DNA from: Dehalococcoidia bacterium
GTDB lineage: Bacteria > Chloroflexota > Dehalococcoidia > UBA2979
Assembly: GCA_050250415.1 (NCBI GenBank)
Contig: JBFWOO010000001.1
Span: 84,096 to 148,095 of the forward strand
Direction: 5' to 3'
DNA: 64,000 nt
This document shows positions 59,023 through 64,000 of this stretch, piece after piece (the first letter of the stretch is position 1; every line of letters begins with the position of its first letter). The translations under genes were made by a program, and so were the position numbers. Below the pieces are notes generated by a model. It did not search any database. It had not been told where the DNA came from and was given only the letters and a program-made list of their open reading frames with translations.

Positions 59023-60225
59023 CTACTTCGTGTTGTTCTCGACGGCCATGCGGGCCGCCTCGTCCATGGAGACGGAGCGGTCCACGTAGGGGACGCCGTA
59101 CTTCTTGAGGATGGCGAAGCCCTCCTCCTCCCACGAGCCGGGGATGCGGAAGATCGCGATCTTGTCCTTCGGGTCGAAGCCCGCCTCGATGCAGCCCTTC
59201 ACGACCCCGCGCGCGACGATGTCGACGCGGGTGTTCGAGACGACGTTCATCATCACGGCGATCTTCTTCACGTTCGGCCGCGAGCAGATCAGCTTCGTGA
59301 GGTTGGCGGCCTTGTTCACCGACGGGTTGCCGCCGATCTCGCAGTAGTTCGCCGGCCGCCCGCCCGCGCCGCGGACGGCGTCGAACAGCGTCAGCGAGCC
59401 GCCGCCCGCGCCGATGATCAGGCCGATGTCGCCGTCAAACTCCGTGAGGTTGCCGGCGACGCCGCGCGGGTCGGACGCGTCGAGGTGCTCCGCGTCGAGC
59501 TCGAACTGCGTCGGCGGGCGCGCCTGGCGCTTGTCGTCCGGGTTCAGGCCCAGCTTGCCAAGCAGGTCCGCGTGCGCGCGCTGCGCTTCCTGCTCCATGT
59601 CCATGTGGCAGTCGAGGGCGATGATGCGGCCGTCCTCGAGCTTCCCGATCGGGTTGATCTCCGCGAGCGTCATGTCGCGGTCGAGGAAGACGCGTGCGAG
59701 GCCGGCGACGATGCGGGTGAGGGCGGTGAGGTCGTTCCCGGTCACGCCCGTGCCCGCCACGGCCATCTTCGCGATGTAGTCCGAGAACGGCAGGTTCGGC
59801 GAGAAGTGGGTGCGGGTGAGGTGCTCCGGGTGCGACTCGGCGACCTCTTCGATGTCGATGCCGCCCATGTCGCTGAAGATGATGACCGGCTTCTTCGCGC
59901 GGCCGTCCCAGGTGACCGCGGCGTAGTACTCCTGCGCGATCTTCTGCTTCTCCTCGACGAGCACGCCGACGGGGAGGAGGTCCTTGATGCGCAGATCGAG
60001 GATCTCCTGCGCGAGGCCCTCGGCCTCCTGCGGGGTGTCCGCGAACTTCACGCCGCCGGCCTTCATGCGGCCGCCGGAGAGCACCTGCGACTTGATGACC
60101 ACCGGGCCGCCGATGGTCTCGGCGGCGGCCTTCGCCTCCTGCGCGGTGGTGCAGAAGTGGCTCTTCGGAAGCGGGATCCCCACGGTCTGGAGGATCTGCT
60201 TCGACTCGTACTCATAGAAACGCAC
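59023..60225 (-). CDS. ADP-forming CoA ligase beta subunit (SucC-like, divergent)
   Basis: YEYESK; VIKSQV..GGR.KAGGV; GG.DIE; EINP; GAGGGSL loop. Confidence 0.88.
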   Translation of the reverse strand: MRFYEYESKQILQTVGIPLPKSHFCTTAQEAKAAAETIGGPVVIKSQVLSGGRMKAGGVKFADTPQEAEGLAQEILDLRIKDLLPVGVLVEEKQKIAQEYYAAVTWDGRAKKPVIIFSDMGGIDIEEVAESHPEHLTRTHFSPNLPFSDYIAKMAVAGTGVTGNDLTALTRIVAGLARVFLDRDMTLAEINPIGKLEDGRIIALDCHMDMEQEAQRAHADLLGKLGLNPDDKRQARPPTQFELDAEHLDASDPRGVAGNLTEFDGDIGLIIGAGGGSLTLFDAVRGAGGRPANYCEIGGNPSVNKAANLTKLICSRPNVKKIAVMMNVVSNTRVDIVARGVVKGCIEAGFDPKDKIAIFRIPGSWEEEGFAILKKYGVPYVDRSVSMDEAARMAVENNTK

Positions 60226-60334
60226 GCGCGTCTCCCGTCCTGCTCACTGTCCTGGTGGGGCCCTCCCGGCGGGGGCCGTCCTGCTGGCGGGGCTACCGAG
60301 GGGGGCGGCCCGCCGGCCGCCTCCTGTTCTACCG

Positions 60335-61402
60335 CTAGACGGTCGCCGGGTCGATGCCGTACTCCTCGGCCATCTTCGGGTCGAGCTTCGCGATGTTCAC
60401 GGCGAGGTCCCACATGACCTTCGCCTGCTTCCACGTCGCGTCGTCCTGCATCTTGCCGTCCAGCATCACCACGCCGCTGCCGTCCGGCATCGCGTCGAGG
60501 ATCGCCTTCGCGGTCTTGACCTCGTGCGGCGCCGGGGAGAAGACGCGGCGCGCGATCTCGATCTGCGACGGGTGGAGGCTCCACGCCCCCACGCACCCGA
60601 GGAGGAACGCCGCGCGGAACTGGTCCTCGCAGCCCACCGCGTCGGAGATGTCGCCGAAGGGGCCGTAGTACGGGTAGATGCCGGCGTTCACGCAGGCGTC
60701 CACCATCCGCGCGATCGAGTAGTGCCATGGGTCCTGCTGCGCGGTGACGCGCGGCTTGCTGGCGTCCTCGGCGTCCGGGTCGGAGCGCACGAGGTAGTAC
60801 GGGTGCCCGCCGCCGACGCGCGTGGTCTTCATGCGCCGCGACGCGGCGAGGTCCGCCGGGCCGAAGGACATGCCCTGCATGCGCGGGCTGGCGAGCGCGA
60901 TCTCCTCGACCTGGGCGACGCCGCCGCCGGTCTCGAGGATGGCGTGGACGAGGATCGGCTTCGTGACGTTATGACGCGCCTCCAGCTGCGCGAGCAGCCG
61001 GTCCACGTAGTGGATGTCCTGCGGGCCGAGCACCTTCGGCACCATGATGACGTCGAGCTTGTCGCCGATCTCCTCGACGAGGCGCATCACGTCGTCGAGG
61101 AACCACGGGCTGTCGAGCGCGTTGACGCGCACCCAGCAGCCGACCTTGCCGAAGTCGTTGTCCTTGACCGCCTGGATGAACCCCTCGCGCGCCTCGACCT
61201 TGCGGTCGACGGAGATGGCGTCCTCGAAGTTGCCGAGCAGGACGTCCACCTGCTTCAGCATGTCCGGGATCTTCTCGGCCAGCTTCGGCGTGACGACCGG
61301 GAGGAAGTGGATCATCCGCGAGGGCGTCCACGGGATCTCCCGCATCGGCTCCGGTGCGCCGATAGCGAGCGGCTGGAAGAAGTCACGAGGGCTTCGGAGC
61401 AT
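60335..61402 (-). CDS. mcl: Malyl-CoA/beta-methylmalyl-CoA lyase (CitE family, Chloroflexus type)
   Basis: [15 protein letters not shown]...GNFEDAI...ILET...[20 protein letters not shown]...[11 protein letters not shown]. Confidence 0.88.
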   Translation of the reverse strand: MLRSPRDFFQPLAIGAPEPMREIPWTPSRMIHFLPVVTPKLAEKIPDMLKQVDVLLGNFEDAISVDRKVEAREGFIQAVKDNDFGKVGCWVRVNALDSPWFLDDVMRLVEEIGDKLDVIMVPKVLGPQDIHYVDRLLAQLEARHNVTKPILVHAILETGGGVAQVEEIALASPRMQGMSFGPADLAASRRMKTTRVGGGHPYYLVRSDPDAEDASKPRVTAQQDPWHYSIARMVDACVNAGIYPYYGPFGDISDAVGCEDQFRAAFLLGCVGAWSLHPSQIEIARRVFSPAPHEVKTAKAILDAMPDGSGVVMLDGKMQDDATWKQAKVMWDLAVNIAKLDPKMAEEYGIDPATV

Positions 61403-61599
61403 GGTCGGTCTCCCGGGGGTGCGGAGGTCGTGGCGCTCCCGAGGATGCGCCCGGCCAGCGTGGGGTCTCGGCGATCATGCCTCAGATCGGCGCTCGGCGC
61501 AGCCCTCGACGGCTCTTGCACGCGATCACGGGCGCGGAACGGCGCCAACGACGCGGGGGGGCGTAGCGCCGGCGAGCCTCCTATCATGCTCACGGACCG

Positions 61600-62499
61600 T
61601 TGATGCGGCGTACGAAGAAGTCGAGGTTGGCGATGACAGGTTTCACTGGGCGGCTGCTCCGCCCGCGCATGCTGATTGCGGTCGGGACGCTGGCGGCCAT
61701 TGTTGCCGCTGTGCTCGCGCCCGGATCATGGTCCACCGCGGTGGCTCAGACGGCAGGGACGACATCGCCGACCCCCGTACTCCCGGCGTTCCCGACCCCG
61801 AGCTTCATCATCCCCACACCGGGACCGTCCCTCTTTCCGACCCCGGCCCCCGGCGGGACGACGCGGCAGCCCACGGTGACCGTCGTCAACAAGGTGGAGA
61901 CGACGGCCTCGACGACCACGGTCTCGACTGCTGAGACGACAGGCTCGCAAGGCGCCGGTCGCGTGGCCGTGCCGCCCGGCGCACTCCCGGCCAACACCAC
62001 GGTCAGCGTCGGCGCGATCGAGGACGTCGCCTCGCTGGTAGCGCAGGTGCCGCCGCCCGCCACCGTCCAGGTCGCGCTCGCGTTCGAGCTCACCGCGACG
62101 ACGACCGAGGGTGTCGACGTGAGCGGCAACTTCGCGCAACCCGTGGAGCTGAGCTTCACCGTCGCCGCTGACGCGATCCCCGCGGGGACACCGTCTGGGA
62201 ACCTCACCGTCGCGTTCTGGAACGGCCGCGGGTGGGTCCAGGTGGACACGACCGTCACCCTCAACGATGACGGTACGTACACCCTTCGCGCGATGACCGA
62301 CCACTTCTCCACGTGGGCCGTCCTCGTCGTCACCGCCGAGGCGCCCGCAGCGCCCGCAGCGCCGAGCCCCGCCGACACTGGCGCCGGCCTCGAAGACGAG
62401 GCGTCCGGGTTCCCAACCCCGGTCGCCGGCGCGATCCTCGCCGGGATCCTGCTCCTCGGCACCGGGGCTGCCGTCCGCCGCTGGGGCCGCCCCGCGTAG
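61600..62499 (+). CDS. Exported ZU5-like domain protein with PADTG-TM-RR tail
   Basis: Signal peptide; Pro/Thr linker; VPPGAL...FWNGRGW...TDHFS; SPADTG, hydrophobic helix, RR; start uncertain. Confidence 0.8.
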   Translation: MMRRTKKSRLAMTGFTGRLLRPRMLIAVGTLAAIVAAVLAPGSWSTAVAQTAGTTSPTPVLPAFPTPSFIIPTPGPSLFPTPAPGGTTRQPTVTVVNKVETTASTTTVSTAETTGSQGAGRVAVPPGALPANTTVSVGAIEDVASLVAQVPPPATVQVALAFELTATTTEGVDVSGNFAQPVELSFTVAADAIPAGTPSGNLTVAFWNGRGWVQVDTTVTLNDDGTYTLRAMTDHFSTWAVLVVTAEAPAAPAAPSPADTGAGLEDEASGFPTPVAGAILAGILLLGTGAAVRRWGRPA

Positions 62500-62522
62500 C
62501 CCTCGACCGACCGCAGACGAAC

Positions 62523-62553
62523 GACGGCCCGCCGAAAGGCGGGCCGTCCGTTT
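62523..62553 (+). terminator. Intrinsic terminator
   Basis: GACGGCCCGCC-GAAA-GGCGGGCCGTC followed by CGTTT. Confidence 0.7.
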
Positions 62554-62768
62554 GTGCCGACCGCCCCAGGCGCTCGCGAGGATGCGCCCGACCAGTCGGT
62601 GTCGCGCCGGTCAGGCCTCAGACCGCCGCTCGCCGCAGCTCTTCGGGAGTAAGAGGGGTAGTCGGTGGCTCGATGAGGTCGACGAGGGAGGCAGCATGAG
62701 CACATCATGCTCCGCAGTTACTGGCTCGTTGCGCGTGAATCGTAAGTAGACCCGCGGGAGATTGTCGG

Positions 62769-64000
62769 ATGCGACTCACCTTGGACGCCTACCGAAGGGG
62801 CCTGATCGCCTGGGATCCCCCGGGCACGGCAGAGTTCCAGATCGAACTGACGAGGAGCAGCGGCCTCGTCACTCTAACAACGCTTTCAGACGCGGAAGGC
62901 TCAGTACTGCCTTCCGGTGGCACGTCGCGAATCGGATTCAAGGTTCTGCCCGAAGCCGCAGCGCGTCACTTATCGCGCGTCCGCTGGATCAATCTCGTCG
63001 GCACACGCATCTGGAATCGTGGGTTCGGTGGCGACCCGGACACGACGCTCGTGCGGATACCAAACTACGGCTACTTCCATCGGCTTGTCGTGGATGCCGG
63101 GCTCATCGATTGGCCCGAGGATTCGGTACTTCGCGTCGGCGATGCGACGGTGATCTTCATCAATGGTGAAGTCAAGGGCGAGGAAGTACGCGCGATTGAG
63201 GACGTGGAGGCAACCGACTCCGGCTACGCCCTCACTGGCCTGATCGCCAGTGCTACGGCTGAGGGACGAATGATCGAAGTCGTCGCGCCTGGAGCATCGC
63301 CGGAGGATGCGGAAGTGCATGCTCGCGCCACGCTCGGATTGATCGAACTCGTGCTCGGTGAGGCGGCAGTTCGTTCGGTGAAGTTCGACGAGGCCTATGA
63401 GGGCCTCCCCACTGAGCAACGCTACGTCGCTCGTCTCCCGGTCTCAGCGAAGGCACCCCGCCGCATCTCGGATGATGAGATCGACCATATTCACGATCTT
63501 CTACCGTCCCTCTTCGAAGACGAGGCGACCTCCCTACTGCGGGCACTGCATTGGTATCAGCGGGGTTTGGAAGCAGCGACCGACGAGGAAGCGCTCACGG
63601 CGTTCCTCGTGGGGGTCGAGACCCTCGCCAATACGCACGAGCCACACTCCGAAGGCGCGAGAAAGCTGAGGGAACAGCGCGCCGAGCAGATCGGACGGGT
63701 CTGGGAAGTGCTCCTTCAGGAACTGGGGAAGGAGGCGGCTACACGGCTACGTGATGAGTTTCCTCGGTTGTCCCTGGCGGAACGGGTACGCGCTTTCGCA
63801 AAGGATCACGGTGTACCAGCGGAAGCGATCTCGGAATTCGGAGCACTGAACGCAGCGCGGAACAACATGCTGCACGGCCGCCTCGCCGCAGCCGACGAAC
63901 AACAAGCGTTTGAGGCGGAGAAGTTGCTCACCGCGCTGCTCAGGGGGCGCCTCGGCGTGACGTCCGGCTTCCAATGGGAGAACGCTCCTCGGGTTGTCGG
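62769..64000 (+). CDS. HEPN (ApeA-like) domain protein, partial, runs off the window
   Basis: Manually translated open frame from ATG 62769 (GGGAG RBS) to the window end: ...LRALHWYQRG...GVETL...ARNNMLHG (RxxxxH at 63858-63875). Confidence 0.75.
   Translation, partial: MRLTLDAYRRGLIAWDPPGTAEFQIELTRSSGLVTLTTLSDAEGSVLPSGGTSRIGFKVLPEAAARHLSRVRWINLVGTRIWNRGFGGDPDTTLVRIPNYGYFHRLVVDAGLIDWPEDSVLRVGDATVIFINGEVKGEEVRAIEDVEATDSGYALTGLIASATAEGRMIEVVAPGASPEDAEVHARATLGLIELVLGEAAVRSVKFDEAYEGLPTEQRYVARLPVSAKAPRRISDDEIDHIHDLLPSLFEDEATSLLRALHWYQRGLEAATDEEALTAFLVGVETLANTHEPHSEGARKLREQRAEQIGRVWEVLLQELGKEAATRLRDEFPRLSLAERVRAFAKDHGVPAEAISEFGALNAARNNMLHGRLAAADEQQAFEAEKLLTALLRGRLGVTSGFQWENAPRVV

Overview
High-GC bacterial chromosome segment. 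Gene content suggests Chloroflexota, probably Dehalococcoidia-like: Chloroflexus-type malyl-CoA lyase, PxTG-type sorting tails and integrase style. This assignment is inference. 1-8.8 kb: signalling and secreted proteins (paired Zn-ribbon mini-proteins around an HDOD gene, two HExxH proteins, a beta-helix exoprotein with a ZU5-like HFT domain, an XRE regulator, a degenerate PAS histidine kinase). 8.8-12.6 kb: a decayed island at the 3' end of tRNA-Gly(CCC). 12.7-21.8 kb, the most striking locus: a fully translationally coupled five-gene operon of acidic coiled-coil, Arg-rich coiled-coil, single-HKD PLD, HhH-PLD-HhH fusion and a 2023-aa RHS protein with a PD-(D/E)xK toxin tip. It has no PAAR/VgrG, no signal peptide and no downstream immunity gene. 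Next come a PI-PLC-like membrane protein, MarR and the PDH complex. 30.7-47.5 kb: a nitrogen-scavenging block (urease-like enzyme with altered active-site pocket and no accessory genes, three amidases with GatC/AtzG-like mini-partners, aminotransferase, divergent asparaginase-fold protein, Dpp-type ABC transporter, a parS-like site). Then lipB-lipA, a CoA-disulfide reductase, an MFS transporter, a C5-dicarboxyl-CoA module (Mch, Mcd-like, Mcl, divergent SucCD plus ferredoxin), ferritin and a second ZU5-like surface protein. A HEPN (RxxxxH) ORF runs off the right end and is absent from the ORF track. All family calls come from motif recognition by eye; no searches were run.
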